A DNA stretch of 64,000 bases from Lama glama (taxonomy: Eukaryota). Shown here piece after piece: positions 1 through 12,679 of this stretch; the stretch's first letter is position 1; every line of letters starts with the position of its first letter. The notes below the pieces were generated by a model. It saw only the letters and a list, made by a program, of their open reading frames with translations. It had not been told where the DNA came from and did not search any database. The stretch is from assembly GCA_028534125.1 (NCBI GenBank), contig CM052818.1:25050001-25114000 (forward strand). Reading direction: 5' to 3'. Position numbers and translations under genes: made by a program.

Positions 1-414
1 CATTTGCAGCAACATGAATGGACCTAGAGATTATCATATTAAGTGAAGTAAGTCAAAGACAAATACCATATGATAGCACTTATATGTGAAATCTAAAAAA
101 ATGATAGAAATAAACTTATTTATAAAACAGAAAGAGACTCACTGACAGAAAACAAACTTACTGTTACCAAAGGGGAAAGAGGGGGAGAGCTAAATTAACA
201 GTTTGGAATTAACATATATACACTATTAAATATGAAATGAATAAGGACCTACTGTATAGCACAGGGAACTATATTTAGTATATTGTAATAACTTATAATG
301 GAAAAGAATCTGAAAAAGAATATATATATATATATATATATAAATAACTGAATCACTTTGCTGTGCACCTGAAACTAACACAACATTGTAAATCAACCAT
401 ACTTCAATTGAAAA
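1..414 (+). mobile_element. LINE-1 3' end/3'UTR, artiodactyl-type, truncated by window start; internal (TA)n
   Basis: catttgcagcaacat..ggacctagagattatcata, then ctgtatagcacagggaactata and cacctgaaactaacacaacattgtaaatcaaccatacttcaat plus A-rich end. Confidence 0.9.
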
Positions 415-804
415 GTGAAAAGAATGAGGAAGACAACACTTTGAAAACATACTGTAAAAATGCTGAATAGTAACAATTAATAATAACACATCATCCTAGG
501 TAGAAAGCAGGTTTATCTAAAGGGGATAAAATTACCTACAGTACAACAGCAGCTACTGAATAAAGCGAGTTAGCACCCAGACACTTGTGCTATTTGTAAC
601 AGTGATGTTCTTTATTCAGCTTTTAAAGTCACACCTGGCATTCAAAGCCTATTTCTCAAACACAAGGCCCTTGAAAGCTTTTCCTTTTTAATATATAGAC
701 AGTATTGTCTTTTTCACTAGAATAATTTCAAGTTATGGCCTCTTTTCCCAACAAGATCAGATAGGAAAAAAATGTAGATGTGAACTTATTGTGTGTTTGA
801 TTGA

Positions 805-925
805 GTCATTCCTTCTTTCAGCAAGCATGTGTTGCAGGCCTGCTCTGCCTCAGGCATTACACCAAGCACTGAGATACCAGGGTGGGCAAGACACAGGCAT
901 GCCCACAAGTAGCTCACAGCTTGGC
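805..925 (-). mobile_element. L2 3' end fragment
   Basis: cattccttctttcagcaagcatgtgttgcaggcctgctctg..gcactgagatac..caagacac resembles the reverse complement of the L2 3' terminus. Confidence 0.6.
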
Positions 926-1444
926 AGGCATCTACACAAATTACAGCAATGAAGCATTACAGGTGCACGACAGACATCTGTGAAGTCATTATAGTAGGAG
1001 CCCAAAAAGCCATTACAGGGGGTTCTACCTGTGATAGGTCATAAAAGGCTTTACAGAATAAGAGATGGAAAACAATCACGTGGCCAAAAATGCATGACAT
1101 TTCAAAGTCACATTCGAGCATCACCACATTTCTACATTCCGTCATTAAGTGACTAATTTCTCTAAATAACAAAAGAATTTGTTATTTCTGATAGTAATGA
1201 TAGTCAAGCTTAGGAACTATGGTATTGGCTTGATCAATATGTGTGAAATGCTTCTAACTGAGGTTTGTGGTTTGTACATTCTTCTCCAGAACAATCCACA
1301 ATTACCGTCAAACTTTTCTAATTCTCAGCTGGCTGATCCACACAGTAAAGCAACAGTTACAACCCATTCTGCAAAAATCTTCTGGCCCAGTATCTACTAA
1401 AGTTGCACATTCTAGAGTTATGACTTCACTATTGAAAATATATC

Positions 1445-1645
1445 TGGTAAAATCTGAATAAGCTCTGTAGTTTAGTTAAAGAGTTTTGTACCAATGTTAA
1501 ATGTCTTTGTTTGGAAAACTGTACTATGATTACACAGATGTTAAAATTGGGAAACTTGGATGAGGGAATATACAGGAAAGCTCTGTATCAGTTTTGCAAC
1601 TTTTCAGATAATTTAAAATTAGTTCAAAATAAGAAGTAAATAAAT
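1445..1645 (+). mobile_element. Old L1 (L1MC/L1ME-like) 3' end
   Basis: tgtaccaatgttaa..tgtactatg..ggatgagggaatatacagga..ctctgta..ttttgcaactt..caaaataa. Confidence 0.7.
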
Positions 1646-1863
1646 ATTTGTGCGCATGTATGGGTATATTTACATTTTTTATGAGATCAATGCTACAAAA
1701 ACTGTGTTCCACAAGCTCTTTATTACTATCAGACAAACTAAATATGGAAACTGAAAGCAAGCATTTAGAAGCTTTTATAACAATTTAACATTTCCACAGT
1801 ATTTAAGCATATGATTATTTTCCTAGAAATGTACATTTATTGCATTTTTTTAAAGTATCAATC

Positions 1864-2173
1864 TGTATTAGTCACAGTTCTCCAGAGAAACAGAACCAAC
1901 AGTGTGTGTGTGTGTCTGTGTCTGTGTGTGTGTTGATATATACAGAATTCCTTCTTGCTCAGGGGAGTTTCAGTCTTTTTTCTATTAATATCTTCAACTG
2001 ATTGGATAAGGCCCACCCACATTATAGCAGCAATCTGCTTTACTCAGAGTCTACTGATTTAGTTGTTAATCTCATCCAGAAAGACATCTTCACAGAAACA
2101 TTCAGAATACTGTTTGGCCAAATATCTGGGCACCATGGCCCAGCTAAGTTAACACATAAAATTAACCATCACA
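1864..2173 (-). mobile_element. MLT2-family (ERVL) solo LTR, internally deleted, with (TG)n
   Basis: TG...CA ends: tgtattagtc..ttctccagagaaacagaacc and ttaacacataaaattaaccatcaca (reverse complement of the MLT2 start). Confidence 0.9.
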
Positions 2174-2453
2174 TAGTCCATGACAGATTGGAAATGTTTT
2201 AAATTACCCTTCACTGGACATAATTTGAGAAGCATTGTACAAGATAACTTTTAATAGTCTACCAAATAGTTCCATTAATAAAAAACATTCAGACTAAGAA
2301 TGCTCATTTTATGTGAGAACAGGGGAAATACTGTGAGCAGTGCCCTGGATGGTCTGGAGAAAAAAGGACAGAATCACTTTTCTATTCTTACCATTGAGCC
2401 TAAGCCATTAAAATCCACCTTTGTCCATTGATATAGTTTCTACTGCTCTAATC

Positions 2454-2995
2454 CTGAGGTTACCAAACTTCCTCAATTCACAGCATTTTAATGTCTCAGT
2501 AATTTTTTCACAGAGCCCCTAGGCCAAAAAAAATAAATAATCTAACAGAAATCTCATTTATCAAGTGGGTAGGTCCCAACAACTTACTTTGTTTGAAAAA
2601 AAAATAAATAATACACATATATTAAAAGAAAAAAACACTTTCATTTTACATTTAACCACAGTTATTTATAGAAGGATGTGTATGCCAACTGGGCACTGAA
2701 CATCTTCTCAATTCTTGGAACCTGTCTAAATCCCACCACTCAGTCACCTTTGTTCCACACTGACTTTCACTTAATACTTGCATTTTACAACAGTTGCTGA
2801 AACCCCAGCTTCTCAGAGATAAAAACATCTTGGAAACGAATGTAGCACAATCTAATGTCGAAACTGTGAATTATCTTGGCCTAGCAGTTCACTTGGTGTC
2901 CAACAGGTATCTGATATCACCATGTTCCCTCGACTCTTAACACACGCCACAGAGCCTCTGTGAGTTAGCTGTGGTGTCCTCAGCACCTAGCACAC
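2454..2995 (-). mobile_element. MER119-like hAT-Charlie non-autonomous DNA transposon
   Basis: gtctcagtaattttttcac..cccctaggccaaaa, ttccacactgactttc, aatgtagcacaatctaatgtcgaaactgtgaa match recalled MER119 in reverse complement. Confidence 0.8.
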
Positions 2996-3004
2996 TCTTA
3001 TCCC

Positions 3005-3215
3005 TTTTTTTTAATCGAATTATAGTTAATTTACAAAGTTGTGTTAATTTCTGGTGTGCAGCATAGTGATTCATTTATATATATATATATTTATATTTAT
3101 ATATATCCTTTTCATATTCTTTGTCCTTATAGGCCATTACAAGGTATTGAATATAGTTCCCTGTGCAATACAGTAGGACCTTATTGTTTTTTTATTTTAT
3201 ATATAGTAGTTGGTA
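3005..3215 (-). mobile_element. Artiodactyl-type L1 3' end
   Basis: polyT then atagttaatttacaaagttgtgttaatttctggtgtgcagcatagtgattca..gaatatagttccctgtgcaatacagtaggacctt; reverse complement of the element at 1-414. Confidence 0.9.
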
Positions 3216-3533
3216 TGGGAAAAAAATTCTCTTTTTCCATTTTGATTCTGTTCTCCTACTTTCAAAATCTAAGCATCCACTTTAAGCGTCTAGCAATTAC
3301 CTCTGTTAAACCTCGGGTGAAGCAGACATGACATTTATTGTCATGTTATAACTCTGGCCTTTCACGGCTAGCACTCAAGAAGCTGTGTATTCCCTCCTCT
3401 GTTCTTTGTCTCTGGTGGAGGCTGTAGAGGACTAGGAGGCCCCCAATGGCCAGGCATCCTAAATATGTGCCTCAGAGAGCATGGCAAAATCTTTTGGTCT
3501 GTTATATATTTAACTACAAATACAGTTTTTAAC

Positions 3534-3891
3534 CAAAGCTCATAAGTAGATACAGAAAACGGATGGGCGGTTCCTGGTGGAAGTGGATAGGTGGGGGGGT
3601 GGGGGGAGATAAAATGGGTGAAGGGGGTCAAAAGGTACAAATTTCCAGTTATAAAACAAATGTCATGGGTATGTAACGCACAGCATGGTAACCACAGTTA
3701 ATAATACTGTATTGTATATTTGAAAGTTGCTGAGAGAGTAGATCTTAAAAGTTTTCATCACAAGAAAAAAAATTTTCCAGCTATGTATGGTGATGGATCA
3801 TTTTGCAATATATACAAATATCAAATAACTATGCTGTATACCTGAAATGAATATAATGTTATACGTTAATTATACCTCAATTTTTTTAAAA
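3534..3891 (+). mobile_element. 5'-truncated L1 (L1MA9-like 3'UTR) with target-site duplication
   Basis: aaatgggtgaagggggtcaaaaggtacaaatttccagttataa..gtagatcttaaaagt; TSD aaatacagtttttaac (3518-3533) / aagtacagtttttaac (3892-3907). Confidence 0.9.
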
Positions 3892-4398
3892 AAGTACAGT
3901 TTTTAACTCCTCATGTTACCTTTTAACAGACAAGACAATTCAATCAAGGCTGAAAACAGTACAAAAATAGGTAGAATGTGGTACCTTTTTCCTAATGTTT
4001 AACCATTCTGTCACATTTTAATCTAACACTGATTTTTCTACTCAATTACATTTATTTCGCTCACCCTAAATTCCTGTCATTAGAGTCCCTTGTATCATGT
4101 AAGGGGCTCTAACAGCACTACTCTGGGGCTTAAGCATAGCTTGAAATCCAAAGGCTTTGCTTTTTTCATCTGGGTCAATAACTTCTCCTCATCATGATGA
4201 TTGTCTTCATAATCAAAACATGAACTGTTTATCCTGTTTGGCTGGTGTCAACAGCTGGAGAGATGGCCTCCCTCTGTCTCCTGTTTCTAGCTTTTTCCTG
4301 GCTCACTTTCCATAGGCAGAGGCAAGGGAAGAAAGGAAGAGACTCCATCTCTTCTATCCCTTGCAGGATTGTCTCTTCCTGGCAACAACAGAAAAGAC

Positions 4399-4441
4399 TT
4401 CCTCTCTCTCTGTCTCTGTCTCTCTCCCTCCCTCCCCTCCC
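4399..4441. repeat. CT-rich simple repeat
   Basis: cctctctctctgtctctgtctctctccctccctcccctccc. Confidence 0.8.
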
Positions 4442-7337
4442 TTTTTATGAAGACCCCCTAGTTTCTTTTATCAGTTGTTTATTATCACTTTCATACGGCT
4501 GATACAGCCTACCTCTGACGTTAAGCTCCTACTGGCTTGTAATGGAAACTACATTTGTCTCCAAGGAAAAATCCAAGCTTATCAGAACACACTTTTTAAA
4601 ACCTCTTTCATAATAAAAAGCACACCATGTCAGATAGTGGCATAGAGCCACTAGGACCCCAGGATGCCAGAACGCAGGAGAGCAGTGCCCTTCCCGTCCA
4701 CTCCCAATACCCACAGCCTGATGTTGAACTCACCCCCTCTCTCTTGCTGGAGATTTTCTATAAAACAGATGTTAACAGATACATGGGATTCTTAATGCTT
4801 TAATCTGTTTGACATTTTGAAAGTGTTGAAAGAGTTAGTTAGGTCTGTTATTCATTCAACTATACCTACTTTCTGATGACCTGGGGAGGGAATCAGCAGG
4901 ATAGCCCTTTGGAGCAAGGCATCCCAGAAACCACCTCACTGTGTTTAAAATCGAACTGGCACACAGCCTTCAGTGGGAAGGCTGATGGATGGTGTTCAGT
5001 AAAAATTAAAAGCCTAGGAAAAGTACAGGCCCCCGGGCCAGAACAAAGCAGCTGAATGATGGTTCCATCTGGGAGTAGAGGTGGGAGTTTTTTCTTGCCC
5101 TGCTCCTGGGGATATTAGTGAAGTCAAAACTGCTTTGCAACAGCAACTAATTCCTCATCAGAGGGCCTCCTGCTTCTGCTGAGCTGATTTCATGCGTGGT
5201 AAATGAAGCGTTTCTCAAAGAGAGGACTGATAGAGGAGGAAACAGGAAAAGTACAACTGAATCCCCAAACATTACCCGCACTGTAAAACAGGAGGAAATT
5301 TTCGGAAGCAATGAGAGAGGCCAGCCCAACCCCAGGTCTCCCTTAGACACGCTTTCTTCCTTCCTGACTCATCGGGCTTCTTTAGGAAAGCCTGGTGAGA
5401 AGGGATTAGGAAGCAGGCAAGGGAGCCAGGCTTTTCTGGCAACACGGGCATTTTGATTTTAGATTCTGCACGACTTCAAGAACAGACTCGGTGTGCTAGT
5501 GTTCTAGGCTGGAGGCCAGCCACAGTTCAGCTGCAGATGAAGCACGTCAGATGGTCAGTGCTGTCAGCCAGAGACCCAAGGACTTTCCTGGAGCTGCACC
5601 CTCCAGAAGTTTGAAGATATTGGGACAGGTCTGCCTTCTTGAAATGTGCAAATGTCACCAGCCGGGAGTGGCAGATGCCATGAGGCGGCTGAAAACAGAT
5701 CTCCATCTGTTAATGGGTTAGGCTTCCTGGGACACAGATTAGAATAGTTTGAAACAAAGTGATGGAAGCACCGGCTGGGCTTTTCACATGCTGTTATGGT
5801 CTCTGGGTCATTTCCTGCCTTTGGAATTTACTTCCTTTCCAGGTTCAACAGAACCCAATGAATACAAGAAAGAGGTTGGGATTTTTCCTTGCCTAGAGCC
5901 CAGTGGAGGGGGAGCTCTGCATCTGTGAACTGGTACCTCTGAGGTGATTGACTCTTCCCCTGTACTCCCATCTCCTCACACTGAGCCAGTGTGGAGGAAG
6001 CTACAAGAATGGAACAATAAATTAGGGAAGGGAGCCATCTCCAGTTAAGTCAGATGAATCCTCTTGTCCCTAGTAATCAAAAAGGGAAAGACTAGATTGG
6101 GATGGGTGCAAGTGATGCTTTATGGAGAGGAGCTCTTTACTGCCAGGACTCTGTTCAGGGGTGCAGCCCCTTTGGGAAGGAGGCTGAAACCAGCTCCACT
6201 TGGCCCCTCCCCTGACCTCCAGTTAGATACTGAGGACAGTGACATTTGCTACACAACCATGACCTGTTTTGTTTTATTTTACTAATATTCTTTTCCCACA
6301 TTGTCCCTCAAAAGATTTAAGGTAGCAACGACTGTCTTCCTGACAGCATTTTTATGCAATTTTTGGCACTTTGAAGCTGATGTGAATCCTTATTGCAAAA
6401 TTTTTCTGCAGCCCCCTGGAGTTCTGCAGTGCAGGGATGCCCCAGAACCCTCTAACTTGGAGGGCTGCAAGAGCTGGTCAAAACTTAAGGCGCGCCCCCA
6501 ACAACAACAAAAGATGGTTCTCAAGGTCTCTAGGACATTAACCTCCTTCTAGGTCTCTAGCTTTCTGAATAAAGTCATTATTCCTTGCCCCAACAGGGGA
6601 AAAAAAAAAACTTCATGCAAATGCTGCTGCCACTGTTGTTTTTCTTAAGTCTGAAAAGGTTTGTCTCTCTGGAGAGTGATCCACAGTCACAAGTTCCTTC
6701 TGAAAAGCCAGCTCATGCAGTCCTGGTTATCAGGAGGAAGCTCGTGGGGTCTGTTCACATGTCCAGAGCCCATCTCTCTCTAGACCGAGAGATCAGAGTT
6801 CACAGTTTCAGAGAAAGGGGTCATTTTTGCCCCCACCCTCAGCCTAAACACAGCTAAACTGGCAGCAAATGCTCTGTCAAAGCACAGGAAGTGGCAGCTC
6901 ATGACATAGGCTTTATCCTGGTGGGCCCCTCCCCCTCCCCCATCACCCATCCCCAGAAACAAGAACCAAGACTCCCTCTCCTCCCCTACTGCCTTGACAA
7001 GAGGCCAGGCTATTACTGTGGCTCAGGAGTGAATCAGACTGACCTTTCCGCATCACAGTACCTCATCATCAGGTGGCCACAGAAATGGTCTCCTGTGACC
7101 CTCACAGCGGTATTTCCCAACATTAGGAAGTTCCAGGGAAGTAAGTAAATAGCTAGGGACAGAGTTGGCTCTATAAATAAGCAGGGTCAGAAAAACCTGT
7201 AAGTATGATTCCAAACAATAACACGTCTACCCAATCTTCCCCCACAGAAGAGCACTTTGGCAGACGAAGGCATTATGTTTCCACGTAAAAGTGTAACCTG
7301 GAACTGGTTTACTTTTCTAAGCCATTGCTTTTAAAGT

Positions 7338-7450
7338 TTAGAGTCTGATTGCACAGGTCTGGCAGGAGGCCAGGGACCTGCATTTTTATCCAGTTTACCT
7401 GCTGATGCTGGTACAAGTAGTCTATGGCTGATACTTCAGAAAATCGTGCT
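7338..7450. mobile_element. MER5-like hAT MITE fragment
   Basis: tctgattgcacaggtctgg..gacctgcatttt..cctgctgatgctg. Confidence 0.55.
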
Positions 7451-7934
7451 GAAAGAATTGTGAATCATTGTCCTGCTAACCTGCACTAACTGGTAACACA
7501 GGAGAGCACTGCACATGGATTTCAGGCCAGGCTTTGGCGCTCTGTGTGGCCATAGGCAAAACAATCTAATTCTCCAAGACTGAAGGCCTTGGGACCAGAT
7601 GGTGACCTCTAAAAATTTAGTTGAAGGCTGGTTTCTAAATTATAGCCCCAAAGCCTGCAAAGCATGAGGTTTGGTCCAAAGGGTCAAAGTGGGCAGGGCT
7701 TCTCCAGCATGCCCTGAATACTAACTGAACTGCTGCAGCACAGAAAACTTCAGAGGCCAAGGAGAACCCTCTTGCCCCAGGGCTGCAGTCCTGGTATGGT
7801 ATCCCACATCTTGGAGTACAAGAACTGGAGGAATAGATACATATCCTTGCTTTGTCCTCAGCTATTTTCTAATAGGAAAATGGGAAAGGAAAAAGATAAG
7901 ATTTGTTCAACGCTTTATTATCTATTACCTTTCA

Positions 7935-8110
7935 AATTCTCAAATGATCCTAGTATCATTAGTCCCATTTTGAAGATGAGAGAATTGAGGATTAAAGATG
8001 TTGGATCACTTTCCTAAATTCCCAAGGTCACATGGCTACTGAATGCTTGACCTGAAATTTGAACTCATGTCTATTAAGGTCCAAGTTCCATGTTCTTTTC
8101 ACAAACCATT
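7935..8110 (-). mobile_element. MIR SINE
   Basis: core cccattttgaagatgagagaattgagg..cccaaggtcacatggcta..atttgaactca. Confidence 0.8.
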
Positions 8111-11100
8111 CATAACTGAAAGATATGCTGTAGCTATTCTGAGGGCCTAGACATTTTGAGACCCTCAAAATACCTTCATCTCTCCCTGACCTCCATCTAC
8201 AAGTGTGACCCACTCTGTTTCAGAATCTCACCTCATCTTTGACCTTTATTCCATTCTTGGCCTGAACCAATCCCAGAGCCTTGCTCATTTCTTATTACCA
8301 TAAATTCTTTACCCGCCAGGGTGAAATATCACCACCTCTCCTGGGCCCAGGAGGACTTTACTGGTCCATAATTCCTCATTACTAACTTTAAGACCAGTGG
8401 GTCCTAGAGATCCCAGGATATCCTCAGAGGTTTCAGTGGATTGAGAATCCTCAAAGCTTAAGAGGCATTAGTGCACTTACTGACTTGAGACCCCTCCCCT
8501 CACCCTCTATCCCCACACTCCCTACCCACCCCCACCCCCAGATCTCTTCTCAAATCAGGGCAGAGATGCAGGAAACCTAGACCAGCCAGTGCCCTTCCAT
8601 TAGGAGGAGATGCCCCCTCAAACCTCAAGTTCTTAGTAACAATGATTATTCTGGGATGCCATGCACCCCCTAGTGGGAGTAACAGAGAGAAAAGACAGCA
8701 TTTTGATGCTGTTTTCAGTAATCCATCCACCCACAGCTTCCTGCGCCTCAGCTGCCTTTGACTTCCAGCCCTCTCGCTGTCTTGGCATGATTCATTCTTC
8801 CCATGATTGGGCCTTTTGCCCCATAAAGCCCTCCCTGTCTTTACAGACATAATGAACTAAAATTAAGCAGAAGGCAACTCAGGCAGAACAGCAGGAAAAA
8901 CCTCCTATGGTGAGAGCTCTTAAAGCCCTGAAATCCCTTATAAGGCAGACCAAGACCTAACTGTACTGGAAAACCAGCAGAGAATATCTTGGAAAGATAT
9001 TTTTGGAAGGGAGGAGGATGAGGGAAAGGCTACTTGCCTGATTTCAAGATATGTGTTAATGTACACATCTGACCCTCTCAGCCTGAACTCAAGATTTTTT
9101 TTGAAGTTTTCCTTAATTTCTAAATACTTCTGAGATTTTTAAGTTATAGTTCTGTTAATGTGTACTATTTTAATTCTATGGTGGTTAAAAAAAAAAAGAC
9201 AATATTAATGCCCTGTGCTATGTCTTACTTCTTCTAAGGCCAAGGGAACCGTCAACATTTACCCACTTTGGAAAAAACAGATGAAGCCCTGTCCTAGCAG
9301 AGGGGTAGCCCATCTAAGGACTGGGCACTACAGAACACTGTGGTACATACTCAATATCTGTCACAGTCACTTACTCTTTAAAGACCACGGCCATAGCCGC
9401 CCATGACAGGTGATGAGCTCTATTACGTTGTAATCAATAAACCATTTTCTGAGTACCTACAATACACAAGCCACCTGATCTTATGCATTTTAAAGATCTG
9501 CCCATATCTAGTTTAGTCCTTTGTCCAAAGAAGGGTTTTAATAAAAGAGAAAGAGAGCTAAAGTATTTACATGCCCTAAGAATTCTTCTGGACATATTCA
9601 CACTCCATGTTTTAGTGAAATATCTGATCATCTGCTCACTGGGTAGAGGTCAGCCGTCTCATCCTGCAGCCCAATGCCTGTCCCTAGGGTGTGTTATAAT
9701 TACATAGCGTCTCGGCTCCATGTGACTTTGGTTGCTATGGTCTTACTTATTCCTGGCTTTGAGTCATGAATTCATTAGTGCCCATTCAAGTTGGCCTTCT
9801 CTGATAAGTTCCCTAAACTTTGGTCGTAATGCTAGCAATTCCAGTGCAGAATTTGCTATGGCTCCTGCCTCATCTTGAACCAAGTCCCATAGACAATCTA
9901 ATCTCACATCTAATCTTACAACGTTGATTCCTTCCATCATTTCTTTCAGAACCATTTGATAATGTTCATTTCTTTGACAACCAAGAACTTTGGAAGAATC
10001 TCTCCCCTCGGGCACTTCCATTTTGTGTCCAGATTGGCAGCCTTCCGAACTCAGCAGAGGCCTCACAGAAGGTGGGTGAAGAGTTAGCAGATACATTGCA
10101 CAGCAGTTCAGTGGACACCTAGGAGATGGAGAAAGGTCAAGGATGCTCCATGGTCAGCCTCTTGGGCCCGACAGAAGAAGTTGAGACTCCTCCCTGCATA
10201 ACTTGGATTTAACTTGAACTTAGGGCATTTTTTAGTCTGGAGACCTCTTACTTTCACTCTGAATGGAACCCTCAAAGGGTGAAGTAAGGTTCTCAGCTGG
10301 CAGGAAGGACACACTGATCTCTGGCCTGAAGCCTTTGCTATCCCTGAAAGACACCAAAATGGTGGTGAGTTCGCTGAGCCACCTGGAGCACTTCTGTCGT
10401 TATAAATTGTTCATCATGTAAGCTGGCCTTGACTCTGGAAGAAAGGGTGTTGATGTGTGTATGTGCTCAGAGGAGAAAAGATTTTGGAGAGAGAATGAGA
10501 ATTAAAAGGAATAAACCCAACTAATGGCTGCTCTGGGTTGGCTGGGAAAGAAATAAGTGAGGGTGCACCAGAACTCAACCATGCCACCTGGGGTGCCTGG
10601 GGGCAAAGACAGCTCCTCCCAGGCAGAGCACTATGCTGGGACTCCTTTAAACCTGCAAGTAGAAGTGTTTCTTTCCTGAAAATCAATGTTGATTAGATTA
10701 GACACCAACACCAAAGAAAAGGTTATGAAAAATTATTTTTCATGCAGGGTAAGAAGCATTAATTTGGGCTATCTGTAGTGAACTGGGTTCCTAACACTGG
10801 TTGCTTTCCAAGAAGCAAAAGATGAGCAACCAGTGATGGGAAATTCAGGTGTGCATTTTGTCGGTAAAGGCAAGGAGAGAGTGGTTCAGCTGGCCCAGAG
10901 CTGCATCAAACAGAAATCAATGGTTATGGGGCTAGTGAGGTGCCCAGAGAGGACAAGACCCCTGGATGAGGCCTTGAGAGAACCAACATTGAGCTCCCAA
11001 GGCAGTGCTTGTGGGCAGTGGGAAAGATCTAAGCTACCTGCCAGTGTCTACTGCCAGTTAGATAGATATGCATTATTTGCTAATATCCCCAAGGGAAGGG

Positions 11101-11691
11101 AATTAAGTGCCAGCTGGAAATTTCCCAGGAAAGACAGGTATGCAGCTCCTGGATGGCATCCCAGGAAACGAGGTGAGGGCTTGAACTCTGGCCAGAGAAG
11201 CAGGGTGTGTGACACCTGAGGGAGATGGGTGGGAATCATTACAACACTCAGGCCAAGGAGAACAGGGTGTGATGTGTCCAGTGAAGGGTGCGTGTGAGCA
11301 TTCCAGAGCCTAGATAATGTTTACGGAAGAAGCGTTAGTAAATATAGACTGTAAGTCACTCTGGCTGTCCTAAAACCTTTTCTCCAGCTGACCTTTTGGG
11401 TCTTTTAAAGCTATAACACAAGGACATTCCCAATGAAGTTGAAGCTAGGAGACAGCCACAGACAGGATGAGATGGCCAGATCTGCAGCCCGGAGCCCAGG
11501 AGAGAAGGCAAGCCGCTTTGACTTGAAGAAGTAGATAGCTCTGTTTTGGAATCATAGTCACAAGTTAAAACAAGGATGCCATGCCTTCATCAACTTCAGT
11601 TTCCATCCCTCACTTCTGGGAAGGCTGTAAACCTCTGTACTTTGTCCTTTCGACCCTTTTTTTCCCACTTGCCCTGTTTTCCACTTATTTC

Positions 11692-11871
11692 CTGGGGTGT
11701 GCTGAGCAAGTCTGTACCACCTCCCAACTCCATGTTTAGTTACCGTCATGGCAGCTGACAATCGGCCGTGGTGGGAGTATTTATAATATGGAAATGGGCC
11801 AGTGCTACAAATCAGAGCTTTATATTTGTTTCTGGAGAGCCAGCTGGTAAACATTTACCAGTACACCATGT
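11692..11871 (+). mobile_element. MER63-like hAT-Blackjack element
   Basis: ggtgtgctg..aatcggccgtggtgggagtattta..ggaaat..gctacaaatcagagc..ggagagcc..tttaccagtacacca. Confidence 0.85.
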
Positions 11872-12090
11872 CTGTAACTAAGAGTTCTCACTTGAGCAAG
11901 AGGGCAGTGAACTGAGGAGGAGCAACGTAAGGAGGTGGGGGAGGAAAAGATGGTGAAGCCCAGAGTGTCCAGAGGGAAGTGGTAGATCTCTAAGACTGGC
12001 TCTGCCTTCCTCACAAACACACACCTTGCCCCTAACACAAGCCTTGGCTCCAATGTGTATCAGTTGTTCAAGAAGAACCTGCTGTGTGTC

Positions 12091-12353
12091 CTTTATGATT
12101 GTATTATCGCATTATACTGATTCTTATTTTGTGGTTAGCTGCTTTATTCCTTTGATAACTATGTAAATTTAAAAAGCTAAAGCTCTAATCTGTTCTTAGA
12201 AACAATGATCAGTACATATATGTAAATTTTTAAGTGCAATATATTGTATATAAGTATTTATATGCAATATAATGTATATGTGCAGTCAAACTATAATAAT
12301 TCTATCTAATAAAACTGAAAAAGGAAAAAAAATCACACACACACACACACGAA
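12091..12353 (+). mobile_element. Short retroposed insertion (source unassigned) with AATAAA, A/(CA)n tail and 18-bp TSD
   Basis: perfect direct repeat aagaacctgctgtgtgtc at 12073-12090 and 12354-12371; AATAAA at 12308-12313 followed by A-rich tail. Confidence 0.85.
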
Positions 12354-12679
12354 AAGAACCTGCTGTGTGTCTGCAACACATGTAGACACTGTTTTCTGTT
12401 GATTACTGGGGGGAGTTGGGGTTGTGGGCTTACTTTGTCTTCCCAGCGAACATTTTTTGAGGTTTATGGTACAGGGTGTTGTTTTTCCTATTACGGATTT
12501 AAAGCGTTTTCACACAGATTCAATCCCACTTTTCCTCTTCCAACCACCCCTACTCCCTGCATAGAACAGCATGTGCTCTCCTTCCCCTGTATGTGCATCC
12601 CGTTGACTTTGGATGCAGTATCTTGTCTCTTGTAAAAATATCCCTGAGCCAGATAATTATTACTCCCTCTAGAGTGTTT

